This document shows positions 45,117 through 56,641 of a stretch of DNA of 64,000 nt, piece by piece. Source of the stretch: Dictyostelium discoideum (lineage: Eukaryota). Position numbers and translations under genes: made by a program. The notes under the pieces were generated by a model, which saw only the letters and a list, made by a program, of their open reading frames with translations, made no database searches and was not told the origin of the DNA. Position 1 is the stretch's first letter. Each line of letters begins with the position of its first letter. Location of the stretch: NCBI GenBank assembly GCA_000004695.1, contig CM000153.2, positions 3,584,001 through 3,648,000 on the forward strand, written 5' to 3'.

Positions 45117-46074
45117 ATGTTTCAACAAAATAAACATCACCAACAACAACAACAGCAACAGCAACAACAAGGTGTAGTTCAATCAGGTGTTGCATCAGCA
45201 ACAGTTAATAATCCATCAGAATCAATAGTTGCAGGTAATATATATGAATGTAGTTTACATGGTATTCTATCAACTCCATCATCAACATTTATACAAAGAG
45301 CAAAGGGTATGATGAGATGTGAACATCCTGTATCCTACAAAGAGATGGTATTCAAATCAACTGTGCAAAGTGCAGGTCCAAGTTGGGCTGAGGGATCAAT
45401 TTTACCATCAGAGATCCATGTAAGATATGAAAAGAATACTGTATACGTTAGATATGTTGGTGTACCTCAAATTAAAGATAATATAAATGCAATGATTAGA
45501 AATGTAGTTGATATAAAATCTTCTGAAACATTTTTTATATATTTAGAGAATTTAGGTTATGTGTAATGTATCTTTTTTTATTTATTTAAAATTCTTTTTT
45601 TTTTTTTCATTATTAACTAATTGAAAATTAAAATTTATTTTAATAATTTTAGAAAGGATTATGAATATTTTGTAGATGGTTATCAATATAGTACGTATAA
45701 TTTATCACTTTTTTTAGTTAATCATAGAAGAGTATTAAATGTATGTAGAATTTTATATAAATAGTGAACTTTAAATAAATAAAAAAAAAAAAACTTTTAT
45801 TAATTGATAATTGTTTATATATATATTAACCATTATAAAAAAAAAAAAAAAGGATGGAACAAAGGGTGAACTATTAAATAAACACAGTATGGTAGAGTTA
45901 CAATGTTTGTCAGGTGAAGAAGGGTTTGTGGCAGCAGCAGAATATTTAAATACATATGCAGAATATTTATATCCATTCGTAGAGTTAATCAAATTTGACC
46001 ATAGGTTATTAACAGCCGAAAATAGTAATACTCCAACCACCAATGTAAATGTAGTTGGTGGATATAATAGGTAG
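45117..46074 (+). CDS. med18: Mediator complex subunit 18 (Srb5) homologue, about 221 aa; exons 45117..45560 and 45853..46074
   Basis: HVRYEKNTVYVRYVGVPQIKDNINAMIRNVVDIKSSETFFIYLENLGY resembles human MED18 WHLRYLGQPEMGDKNRHALVRNCVDIATSENLTDFLMEMGF (recalled from memory). The N-terminal polyQ is typical. The donor is TAT|GTGTAA and the acceptor aaaaaaaaaaag|GAT. 444+222 = 666 nt = 222 codons. Confidence 0.6.
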
Positions 46075-46132
46075 AAAACTTTAAACTAAATAAAATAAAT
46101 GTACAAATTAAAAAAAACTTTATTTATCTCAT

Positions 46133-47005
46133 TTATTTTTTTTTTGAAGAGATTTGACCACCACTATACTTTAAATATGAAAATGTAGATAGTTCATTAT
46201 TATCATTTGATGATGTTGAATTCTGATTTCTTAAAATATCCTCTTTTTTTCTTTCATTTTGTTCTCTTTCAATTCTTTCTTTTCTTAATTGTTCTATTGT
46301 TTTTTTGGTTGAAGAGGAAGATGATGCAGAGGTTTTAGATATGGAAGAGGAAGAAGAGGAGGAAGAAGTTAACCTTTTTTCTTTTCCTAGTGCCTTATCA
46401 ACTATATGAATTGGATCCTCTTTTTCTTTTATCCAATTTTCTCTTTTTTGTTTTTTCCATTCTTTTCTATCTTTTCTATAATCTTCTGAACCTTTATTGC
46501 TTTTATCATAATCGTTATTTGTTTCTAATTCCCAAAATGGTTTTTGTCTATTATATTCATATGAACTTTCACCTAATTTAATGTTTGAAATTCTATTGGG
46601 GTCAATAGGTTCTTTATTTAGATTACCATTTTTAAATTTACCACTTATAAAAACCACATCTTGAATACCTTCAAAAATATTCATTAATGAGGCATTATTA
46701 TTATTGTTATTATTATCACTATTATTATTATTATTATTATTATTATTTATAGTTTTATTAATTTCATTTTTTACATCTTTATCGTTGTTATTATTATTAT
46801 TATATTGATTTTCTTCATCATTTTCAATTGATTTTCTTTTCTTTGATTCATCTTTTAAATGTTTATATCTTAATTCACTTTGAATCTCTTGTTGCCTTTT
46901 TCTTTCTTTTTCTAATTTCTCTTGATGTTCTCTTTCATCTCTTTGAACTTTTTCTTTATTTTTTGCATTATAAACATTCCATGATTTTTTAGGTAATAAA
47001 TTCAT
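46133..47005 (-). CDS. Cir_N-domain protein (CWC25/LENG1-like, probably a pre-mRNA-splicing-associated factor), about 290 aa
   Basis: The N-terminus from the internal ATG at 47005 is MNLLPKKSWNVYNAKNKEKVQRDEREHQEKLEKERKRQ, which matches the Cir_N consensus (MNxLPKKSWHV.N..N...V.RDE). The track ORF start at 47095 lies in a poly(A)-encoded K-run and is rejected. The rest is K/E/R-rich with Ser tracts. Confidence 0.6.
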   Translation of the reverse strand: MNLLPKKSWNVYNAKNKEKVQRDEREHQEKLEKERKRQQEIQSELRYKHLKDESKKRKSIENDEENQYNNNNNNDKDVKNEINKTINNNNNNNNNSDNNNNNNNASLMNIFEGIQDVVFISGKFKNGNLNKEPIDPNRISNIKLGESSYEYNRQKPFWELETNNDYDKSNKGSEDYRKDRKEWKKQKRENWIKEKEDPIHIVDKALGKEKRLTSSSSSSSSISKTSASSSSSTKKTIEQLRKERIEREQNERKKEDILRNQNSTSSNDNNELSTFSYLKYSGGQISSKKK

Positions 47006-47210
47006 ATTAATTATATTTAATGTTGTTGTGTGTGTGTTGGGGAAATGAATAAATAATAATTTTTTTTTTTTTTTTTTATTTTTTTTTTTTTTCAATGTGT
47101 TGAAAAAATGTTAAAGTGAAAATTTTTATGTGAGAAAATGTAAAAAATAAACTTGGACTTGATTTGTTTATGTTTTACTTTTTTATTTTTTATTTTTTTT
47201 ATTTTTTGAT

Positions 47211-47876
47211 TTAAAATTTATCTTTCAAAGATCTAATGAAACCTAAAACATCAATTGGAGAAGGTGGATTAATTGAATTTGGATTTTCTTTTAAGTAATG
47301 ATTGTAAATTGATGGTAAATGGCATCTCATGAATGGATTAATTAATTTTTCTTGAGCAATAGAGGAAGGTACAGTGAATTCACCATTTGCAAGTTTCTCT
47401 TTACATTGATCATAGAAATTATATAATTCTTTATTTTCATTTTCAGATTCTAAGGTTTTTGCAAATTCTAAATTCTTTAAAGTATATTCATGACCAACAT
47501 AAACTAAGGTATTGTCAGGTAGTTTACCAATTACATTGTAAAGTGCATTATACATTTGTTCTGGATTACCTTCGAATAAACGACCACATCCACCAATGAA
47601 TAATGTATCACCAGTGAATAAAGACTTTACTTGATTGGGTTCATTCTCATCTTCAATTAAATATAAAACATGAGAGCTTGTATGTGCTGGTGCATCTAAA
47701 GTCTTAATCTTTAATGAACCAATCTTTAAAACTTCATTATTCTCTAACTTTTTTGTTATACCTTCAAATCTTTCATCTCTACCATAAACATTGATATCTT
47801 TAATTATTGTTTTTATTAAATTATTACCACCTGCATGATCCCTATTAATTATTATTATTTTTATTAGTATTTCACA

Positions 47877-47913
<37 letters not shown>

Positions 47914-48172
47914 AGTACCAATGATGATGAGTTGTAAAAACAGAGTTAATTTTAATATCACTTGAGATTGAAGATAATGATGAAATTACTTTATTTGGTT
48001 CACATGGATCAATTGCTATTGCTACTTTATTCTTTTCATCGATTACTAAATAACTATAGTTATCTTTGTTTACTAATACTGGTTGAACTTTCATTTTATT
48101 TATATTATTATTTTTAAAATAAAATCTTTTTAAATTATTGGTGCTTTTAAAGTTTGAAAATATTTTGGACAT
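47211..48172 (-). CDS. gloB: hydroxyacylglutathione hydrolase (glyoxalase II, metallo-beta-lactamase fold), about 290 aa; exons about 47919..48172 and 47211..47842 (plus or minus 1-2 nt)
   Basis: Exon 1 ends ...VFTTHHHW and exon 2 begins DHAGGNNLIK..., reconstituting the THHHWDHAGGN metal-binding motif across a GTACTT...aattaatag intron that spans an A29 run. Downstream motifs GDTLFIGGCGRLFEG and VYVGHEYT are class-B3-like GloB signatures. My nucleotide indexing around the homopolymer disagrees by 1 nt with the track ORF frame. Confidence 0.8.
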
Positions 48173-48344
48173 GGGAAAAATTTTTTTAATTTTTTTTTTA
48201 TTTTTTATTATTTTTTTTTGTGTTCACATTTTTTAAATTAATCTTTTTAATTTTTTATTTTTTTTTTTTTTTATTTTTTTTTTTTATTTTTTTTTTTTTT
48301 TTAAAGTTAATTGGAATAAAAAAAATCTTTTCTTTTATTTCAAA

Positions 48345-48535
48345 ACACCAATCAGAGCCACATGATTGCTGCACACCAGGTAACCAATGCTTCCCAGAAA
48401 AAAGGAAATTCAAAACAAAGTGTAGACACTCGTCATGCAATAAGTTCCTAATTACCAATCACCTCAGAAGACATGAGGAGTGCTTGTCTCATAAAAATAA
48501 TAAATGTAAAGACCAATTTTGCTAAATCATTATCT
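48345..48535. other. GC-enriched island (about 40-45% GC against about 15% background) with overlapping short ORFs on both strands; candidate small ncRNA or small Cys-rich protein gene
   Basis: caccaatcagagccacatgattgctgcacaccaggtaaccaatgcttcccag ... acctcagaagacatgaggagtgcttgtctc contains a 5-bp stem CCTCA/TGAGG and a Sm-like AATTTTG. Track ORFs 48220..48525 (plus) and 48255..48458 (minus) overlap in different frames. Confidence 0.3.
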
Positions 48536-48779
48536 AATTTGAAATATTTGCCATGTTGTATGTTTTGTAGAGACTATCCAATAAAACTTTAAATTCTGCT
48601 TCTTGATGTTGTTGTTGTTGTTCTACTTCTTCCATTATTTGTTTAATATAATATTTGTTTACGCTTGTTTAATGTTTAAAAATAATGAATTTTTATTTTT
48701 AAAAAAAAAAACTCTTTTACAACGATTTAAATACATTTTTTTTTTATTTTTTTATTTTCACAATTATATTCAATTAAAA

Positions 48780-48992
48780 ATGGAAAATATGAACATGAAT
48801 AAAGAATTAATACAACAACAAACAGATAAACTCGAATACTACTATAATTTAATGTTGGAGAAACTATGCAATATGGTTATCGCTTCAAATGCATCCGAAG
48901 TTCATGAAATTACTAGATCTTTTTGTGAAGTTTTATCCGATTATAAAAAATATACAGATGGTAAAAACATATTCAATAGTTACACGGAATAG
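48780..48992 (+). CDS. small hypothetical ORF, 70 aa (MENMNMNKELIQQQTDKLEYYYNLMLEKLCNMVIASNASEVHEITRSFCEVLSDYKKYTDGKNIFNSYTE)
   Basis: An ATG-initiated ORF inside track ORF 48603..48992, with non-repetitive composition. No homologue recognised. Confidence 0.25.
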   Translation: MENMNMNKELIQQQTDKLEYYYNLMLEKLCNMVIASNASEVHEITRSFCEVLSDYKKYTDGKNIFNSYTE

Positions 48993-49397
48993 TAGAAAAA
49001 GATAAAAATAAAATTTTTTACACTCTCTATTATAAAAAATCTATAAATAGCACACACATGCCCTGTTTGGCATTTTACAAAATAAAAAATTTTTAAAAAA
49101 TTTTTAAAAAAATTAAAATTAAAAAAAAAAATTAAAATTAAAATTTGGATATAAAATATTTTTTTTTTTTGAAATAATATACTAAATCCATATTAAATAT
49201 AAATAAAATTAAATCATTGTTTTAAAAATAAATGAAAAATGAAAATTAAAATATAATGGATTCAATTTTTTTTTTTTTTTATTTTTTTTATTTTTTTTTT
49301 TTTTTTATTACTATTATTATTTTTCTTTTTTCATTTTTTTTCTTATTTATTATTTTATTATTTTTTCACTATTATTATGGTTTTTAAATAATATTTT

Positions 49398-51701
49398 TTA
49401 ATACATAATTTGATTCTTTTTAATAAATTTTAAAAGTGAGACATTGTTTGAATTCTCCTCGAAATTAATATTTTTGTCAAATGGTAACAATAAATCTTGA
49501 GTAAAGAATAAAAACATATCGATACTACCTGTGTTTATAATAAATTTATACATCTGAGATAATTGCAAATTAGAGGATATAATTGAAGGTTCATTTTTTG
49601 AAGAATCGGTTTCACTAATATTGAATACCCAAGGATAATTTTGTTTTAAATATTTGAATATATGTAATTTACCAGAACAAATTACATTTGTAAATAGTTG
49701 ACTTAAATAGAATTGTTTTTCAACATTTTGAGATTTATCTTTGAAATAATTTGACATTAAATATTCTAATTGATCTACATCATTTAAAACTCTATTCAAA
49801 ATAAAAGAGATTGAAACCGATTCAATTGGCGCACCAATTGGAAGTGCTTCTTGAATTGATTGGTTAAATGTTGAAAATCTCATTCTTTGTTGATTGGTTA
49901 AAATGAATTTCTTCAATTGTGGATCATTGGATTTTTCTACCATTGAGTTATGGTTCATTACAAATTCCAATAAAACATTTTCATCTTCAATTCCCATAGT
50001 TTTATCCCAATGGTTAACATCGATCTTGACTAATGGAGTTTCATTAATTAAGTATTTCAAATCATCAATTCCATAAAGGTCCATGATTCCCCATTGTTTA
50101 TAATTATTGAAAAAACATGATTGAAATTCGGTATAGTTTGAATATAAATATTTAAAACCTTTTAATGTAGTTGTATGATGATAATAATTCATTGGTTTCA
50201 TCTTTTCAATTGTTTGTGAGCCAAATTGATATTCTAAGAATTCTCCATAATAAGTTTCATCATCATTTGTTTTAAATACTAAATGTTTAAAGCATTCATC
50301 ATACAATTCTCTATGATTTGATTTAAAATTTTCAAGTAATTCAATTCTTCCAGTTTTTACCAATCTTTTGATAATATTATGTAAAGGTGTTGTTTTCTTT
50401 AAATATTCAATATCGATGAATTGTAAAATGTATTCAAATATTTCATTTGATTTTACATAATCAATAAAATCGATTGGAATTTGATTTTTACCATTTACAA
50501 ATAATCCTTGATGAACCATTTTAAGATAATCTAAATTATCATAATCGACCATTAAATTGAAAAATGTATCTGGTGATAATGTTTTTCTAAGTTTAATTTC
50601 ATTTGATTTTTTAGATAATTCATCAACTGATAAAGTGGTTAAATTACTTGATGGTTGATTTAATTTTTCAATTAATAAATTAATAAATGAAATTTGTCTA
50701 TCTTTATCAGATTTAATAAAATTAAAAATTTGATTATTTGGTTTTCTATTTTTAACAAGATTAAAATCTAATACACCAAATTCCAATGGATCAATATCTA
50801 AATTTACATGTTCAGATTCTAATTTGATTTTTGAATATTTATATTGATAAGAGGTAAAATTCTCACTATATCCATATTGACCTGAAAATGGTAAAATCAT
50901 TCTAATTAAATTTTCAACTCTTTCATCATTTATACTAAAAGAACCAACCAATTGTTTTAATTCCTGATCGGTAAAGTTCATTTCACTCAACTCTTCTTTT
51001 GATAATAATTTAAATGGTTTCTCTAATGATGTTAAATAATTATAATATTTTAAAAGTGAAACAACATCAAAGTTTAACTCTTGTTTATCTTCAATGGTTT
51101 TATTTGTACCATTTGATAAATCATTCATAAAGTTTATGAAACCATTCAATTGATTTGAAAATTCAACAATTTTACAACAAGTTGTAAATAATGTTGATAA
51201 TGAAATTTTAAATAAATTTCTATGACTGATTAATATTGGTACAATTGAAATTGAATTTAAATCAGTTGTGATGATTTTACTTGCTTTACCATCTTCGTTA
51301 AAGAATTTAACTAAATCAGTGGTAATTGATTTATGATTTTCATTTAAATAATCTGAAATTTTGAATTTTGAATTTTTAATTGAATCAATTAAATAGCTTG
51401 GTGTTGGTTGATAATTAAATTCATTAATTAAAACTTTTAATGCAATTACATTTTCAAATGTTAAAATTTTATTTTCAGCTGTTGAATCTTTGGAAAATAA
51501 AAAATCGTTTGGATAGTTTTTAAATAAATTCTTATAGAATTCATAATCAAACTCGTCTCTTTGATTAAAAATTGAATATATATTTTGAGTTTCTTTAAAA
51601 AATAAATAATCACCATTATTAACTTTATTTTTTAATAATTCAATCTCTCCATTTTTAATCATTGACTCTACTGAAAAGTTTTGGTTGATATTTTTTGTCA
51701 T
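49398..51701 (-). CDS. large lineage-specific hypothetical protein, 767 aa, single exon
   Basis: Track ORF with a genuine ATG. Sequence complexity is moderate and N/K/F-rich. No domain recognised. It may be distantly related to X1/X2 but I could not confirm this by eye. Confidence 0.5.
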   Translation of the reverse strand: MTKNINQNFSVESMIKNGEIELLKNKVNNGDYLFFKETQNIYSIFNQRDEFDYEFYKNLFKNYPNDFLFSKDSTAENKILTFENVIALKVLINEFNYQPTPSYLIDSIKNSKFKISDYLNENHKSITTDLVKFFNEDGKASKIITTDLNSISIVPILISHRNLFKISLSTLFTTCCKIVEFSNQLNGFINFMNDLSNGTNKTIEDKQELNFDVVSLLKYYNYLTSLEKPFKLLSKEELSEMNFTDQELKQLVGSFSINDERVENLIRMILPFSGQYGYSENFTSYQYKYSKIKLESEHVNLDIDPLEFGVLDFNLVKNRKPNNQIFNFIKSDKDRQISFINLLIEKLNQPSSNLTTLSVDELSKKSNEIKLRKTLSPDTFFNLMVDYDNLDYLKMVHQGLFVNGKNQIPIDFIDYVKSNEIFEYILQFIDIEYLKKTTPLHNIIKRLVKTGRIELLENFKSNHRELYDECFKHLVFKTNDDETYYGEFLEYQFGSQTIEKMKPMNYYHHTTTLKGFKYLYSNYTEFQSCFFNNYKQWGIMDLYGIDDLKYLINETPLVKIDVNHWDKTMGIEDENVLLEFVMNHNSMVEKSNDPQLKKFILTNQQRMRFSTFNQSIQEALPIGAPIESVSISFILNRVLNDVDQLEYLMSNYFKDKSQNVEKQFYLSQLFTNVICSGKLHIFKYLKQNYPWVFNISETDSSKNEPSIISSNLQLSQMYKFIINTGSIDMFLFFTQDLLLPFDKNINFEENSNNVSLLKFIKKNQIMY

Positions 51702-51959
51702 TTTTGTGTTTTTTTGATTTGATCTTTTTTGAAAAAAATAATAATAAAAATGTGTTTTTTTTTTTTAATAAAATATAAAATAAATAATATTGTATTTGTA
51801 AATAATAATTTTTTGATTTTGATTTGGAATGATTAAAAAAAAAAAAAAAAATTCTTTTATAGCTGGATTTGTTCAAATTTTTGGGTTGGAATTTTGTAAT
51901 TTTTATGACGTGCTGAGGTGGGAAAAAAAAAATTTCAAAAAATAAAAAAAATTAAATAA

Positions 51960-52060
51960 ATTTAAAAATGTGGGTCCACATCTTTATGTGAAATCCACGT
52001 GGAGGCTCGGTGAAGTTCATTGAAATTAATCAATACGATATTGATTACGTGGAAAAAAAA
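51960..52060. promoter_or_regulatory. cluster of three perfect palindromes in a divergent promoter: ATGTGGGTCCACAT, TCCACGTGGA (CACGTG core) and AATCAATA-cga-TATTGATT
   Basis: Read directly. It lies between the ATG of the minus-strand gene at 51701 and the ATG of deoxyhypusine synthase at 52502. A GT-rich G-box-like patch gggtgcgtgagtgtaatggtgaaagtgggg lies at 52168-52197. Confidence 0.45.
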
Positions 52061-52501
52061 AAAATAATAAATAAAACAAAAAAAAAAAAAAGTAAGAGAA
52101 AATAAAGAAAATAAAAATAAATATTGATTTTTAATTTCCACTTTTTTCATAAAAATTAAAAATTTTGGGTGCGTGAGTGTAATGGTGAAAGTGGGGATAT
52201 TTTTATTTTTCAAACACAAATATAAATATCAAAATGATCTAATCATTTAAAATTAAAAATAAAACCACGTTTAAAAAAATAATAACAAAAATAATAATAA
52301 AAATAATAATAAAAACAATAATAAAAAACAAAGATTTAACTGTACTATTTTTTATTATTTTAATTTTCTCAAAAAAAAAAAATAAATAAAAAAAAAAATA
52401 AAAAAAAAAAAAAAAAAATTTTTGGGAACCGTCGGTTTTTTTTTTTTTTTTTTTTTTTTTTCTAATCAATTTCTTTTGGTAAATTTAATAAAAAAAAAAA
52501 A

Positions 52502-53632
52502 ATGAGCACAAATACAACAACAACAAATGCAACACCAGAATTAGCAAAAGAATCAGTATTTTTTCAATCAAATCATGAAGATTTAAAGAATAGACCAAAA
52601 GTTAGAGGTTATGATTTTAATGAAGGAGTTGATTTTAGTAAATTATTTGAAACATATAAGACGATTGGTTATCAAGCATCAGCAGTTGGAGAAGCAATAG
52701 ATGAAATTAATAGAATGATTTCATGGCGTTTAGTTGATGAACCATTAAAAGAAGGTGAAGATGATGACGAAGAAAGAAAAGTAACCAGATGTAAAATCTT
52801 TTTAGGATATACAAGTAATTTAGTATCTTCAGGTGTTAGAGAGATCATTAGATATTTGGTACAACATTCAATGGTTGATGTTATTGTTTCAACAGCAGGT
52901 GGTGTTGAAGAGGATTTCATTAAATGTTTAGCACCAACCTATATGGGTGAATTCCATTTAGAGGGTGAAAAACTTCGTAGAAAAGGGTTGAATAGAATTG
53001 GTAATCTTTTAGTTCCAAATGATAACTATTGCAAATTTGAAGATTGGATTATGCCAATTTTAGACCAAATGGTTGAAGAACAAAAAACCAAAGGTACCGT
53101 TTGGACACCATCTCGTGTTATCAATAGATTGGGTAAAGAAATCAATCATGAAGATTCAATTTATTATTGGGCTTGGAAGAATGATATCCCAGTTTACAGT
53201 CCAGCTCTTACCGATGGTAGCATTGGTGATATGATGTATTTCCATAGTTACAATACTCCAGGTTTAGTATTAGATATCATTAGTGATATTCGTGCAATCA
53301 ATAATCATGCTGTCTATAGTAAAAAAAGTGGTATGATCATTTTAGGTGGTGGTGTAATTAAACATCATATCTGTAATGCTAATCTCTTTAGAAATGGTGC
53401 TGACTATTCCGTTTTTGTAAACACTGGTAATGAATTTGATGGTAGTGACAGTGGTGCTCGTCCTGATGAAGCCGTCTCTTGGGGTAAAATTAAATTAGAT
53501 GCTAAACCAGTAAAAGTTTACTCTGAAGCTTCAATTGTTTTCCCAATTTTAGTTGCTGAAACTTTTGCTAAAACTTTTAAAAAGAAATCACCAGAAGAAT
53601 TAAAATTAAATAAAAGATCAATTTTTGATTAA
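52502..53632 (+). CDS. dhps: deoxyhypusine synthase, 376 aa, single exon
   Basis: Colinear with the deoxyhypusine synthase family: [62 protein letters not shown] and [13 protein letters not shown]. Confidence 0.9.
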   Translation: MSTNTTTTNATPELAKESVFFQSNHEDLKNRPKVRGYDFNEGVDFSKLFETYKTIGYQASAVGEAIDEINRMISWRLVDEPLKEGEDDDEERKVTRCKIFLGYTSNLVSSGVREIIRYLVQHSMVDVIVSTAGGVEEDFIKCLAPTYMGEFHLEGEKLRRKGLNRIGNLLVPNDNYCKFEDWIMPILDQMVEEQKTKGTVWTPSRVINRLGKEINHEDSIYYWAWKNDIPVYSPALTDGSIGDMMYFHSYNTPGLVLDIISDIRAINNHAVYSKKSGMIILGGGVIKHHICNANLFRNGADYSVFVNTGNEFDGSDSGARPDEAVSWGKIKLDAKPVKVYSEASIVFPILVAETFAKTFKKKSPEELKLNKRSIFD

Positions 53633-53933
53633 ATTTAATAGGATTTCAAAAGAAAAAAAAATTAAAAAAAATAAAAAAATAAAAATTAGATATAATTCAT
53701 TTTTTAATAAAATAATTTAAAATTAATAATTATCTCTTATTTTTAGAATTATTTAGTAGATATATTATTTATTTATTTTTTGAACATGCGAATAATTTCT
53801 AGAAATATTTCTTAACAAAATATTTTTTTTTTTTTTTATCTGAAAAATAGATATTTTTTTTGATGGTTATTTTTAGGTTTTTTTTTTTCACAGTGGCACA
53901 AATTTTAGAAACAAAGATATTTAAAAAAAAAAT

Positions 53934-53964
<31 letters not shown>

Positions 53965-54133
53965 TGATGACTTTCGTTTTTGAATTTTTTTTTTTTTTTT
54001 TTTATTTTTTTTATTTTTCAATCATCACCAAAATATAAAAAAATAAAATATAAAAGTATAAAAAAATAAAATAAAAAAAAAAAAAAAAGAAATTGCATAT
54101 TTGCAATTTTATTTGTATAATAAAAAAAAAAAA

Positions 54134-54595
54134 ATGGATAATAATAAACAATTCTCAAACTTATGGATAAAAATTAAAAAAGCTTCAATAAATATTTCAA
54201 ATTTAGGATTATCAATTAATCAATTCCATGGTGGTGGATTATTAAATCAATTATTAAAAGATATTTTATCATTGTTAAGATTAAATAATGTTTCATTATT
54301 ATTCTCCACACAAGTGAAATTGATTTTACTAGATTGTTTTCAATACATTATAAAACAATTACATACTAGTAATCATGTGCAAAATTATTTAGATTCTTAT
54401 TTTAAATCAATTGATAATGAATCAATCATTGGTTCATTAGATCATTCTTCAAATAATTATCCATTTTTATCTTTATTATTTTTATTATCAAGATATCAAG
54501 GGTAAATAAAATTTAATTTATTATTTTCTTTTTTTTTATTTTTTTTTTATTATTGAAATATTTTATTAACATATTTGTTTTAAATTAATTTCCAA

Positions 54596-54645
<50 letters not shown>

Positions 54646-55604
54646 TAGATTTATAAATAATTTAAATAGTAGTGATAATCAAAATGAACAAAATAGAATT
54701 ATAATTATAAAAACAGAAAATTATTTAAATTTATTATTAGTAAATTATTTAAAGAGTGGATATATTGGTAATACTAGAAGAGGTAGTAGCACTAGTGGTG
54801 GAGGTGGTGGTAGCGCAAGTAGTAGAGGTGGTGGTAGTGGTTTTACAGATGAGGAACAGTTTGTTTTATCAGAAGATGATGATGAAATGATGAGTAGTGG
54901 TAGTGGTGGAAGTGGAGCTAATCAACAAAATCAAAAATTAAAAATTTTAGAGAATGAATTATTAGTAAATGTATTTTTTAAATTCTTTTCAATAATTGTT
55001 GAGAATAATAATTTAGCAATCTCATCATCACCATCATTATCTCGTTCTTCATCTTTAACAAATGTTTCAACTGCAACAACAGCAACAACAATAAATACCT
55101 CATCATCATCATCATCATCGTTACAATTGGTTAATATTAATAATAATTCAAAAAAAATTTTAAATGGTATGGATATTAAAATTTTAATATCATTATTTTG
55201 TATTGAACTTTCAAATAGCGCAACAGAGGTTTCATTAGTATCACCATTATCATTGGATTCCGTAAAGGTATTTGTGGATTACTCTTTAAAATTTTTAAAC
55301 CAATTATCAGAATTAGATTTCAATACCTTAGTCTCATATTATCAATTATTAAACCATAAGTTCATTTTCTTTAAATATTATTTAAAGTCAAATGAAAATG
55401 TAAGTTGTAATTATTAGTTTTTATAATATTTCCTAAAATTGGAAATTTTTTTTTTTTTCTAAAAATAGAAAAAAACAAAAGTGTGTGGTGGTAAAAAAAA
55501 AAAAGTGTTTAGATAAATACTAATTTTTATTTTTATTTTTAAATTGTCTTTTTTTTTTTTTTTTTATACTACTTTAATTTTTTTTTTAAATACATTGTTA
55601 ATTT

Positions 55605-55672
<68 letters not shown>

Positions 55673-56595
55673 CATATATATTTTATGTGTTTATTTTTAT
55701 TTTTATTTTTTTTTTTTATTTTTTTTTTGTATCTTTAATTTTTATATATATTATTATTTATTTTAGGTATATTTATCGACAAAATCAAGAGTAATATCAA
55801 TTTTAAATGTATCAAATCAACCAATATTACAATTAGAATTAGTTGAAATCTTAATTGAATGTTTATTCAATGATTATGGTAATAGTGATGGTGATAATGA
55901 AGATATTGAAATATTGAAATTTATTATTGATATTGTTAGTGGTGTACAATATATTTCCGATACATCCAAATCAAAGATTGGAAATGAAATCTTTGAAAGA
56001 TTCTTTAAATCTGACCAAAATCAAAGACCATTAGTAAATTACTTTTTACAAGAATTTACTCAAAGAAATAAAAAACAATTAACAACATTATTTCAAAATC
56101 ATATGAATTCAATTCTAACACCTGTATTTCATAAAAATTCAAATTTATTTAGTTTAAAATATTTTAAAACGTAAGTAATTATTAATAATAATAAAAAAAA
56201 AAAAAAAAAAATTATTTTATTTTATTTACTAATAAATAAATTTTTATTTTTTATTTTTTTTATTTTTCTTTTATTTTTTTTATTATAGTTTTATAACAAG
56301 TCCAGAATTTAAATTATTAATATCAGAAAGTGAAATATTTTTAAATCAAATTACAGTAATTCCAAATGAATTAAATGTATTGGAATATTATGATATCCTT
56401 TGTAAAGTATCATCAATTAAATTAACACAGCAAATTTTATGTGACCTTTCTTTAAATGATTTATTAGATTTTTCAATTAAACAAGATTTATTACATTTAA
56501 ATCCAATTGGTTTTAGATTTGCTTTAAAAAATGTATGTTTTTTTTTAATTTTTTTTTTTTTTTTTTTATCCATAATTAATATTAACATAAATTTG

Positions 56596-56641
<46 letters not shown>

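Noticed and set aside
47005-47095. N-terminal extension MKKKKNKKKKKKLLFIHFPNTHTTTLNIIN of track ORF 46133..47095
   Set aside because: It is encoded by a poly(A) run and AT-rich upstream sequence. The conserved Cir_N motif begins at the internal Met (MNLLPKKSW), which I take as the true start.
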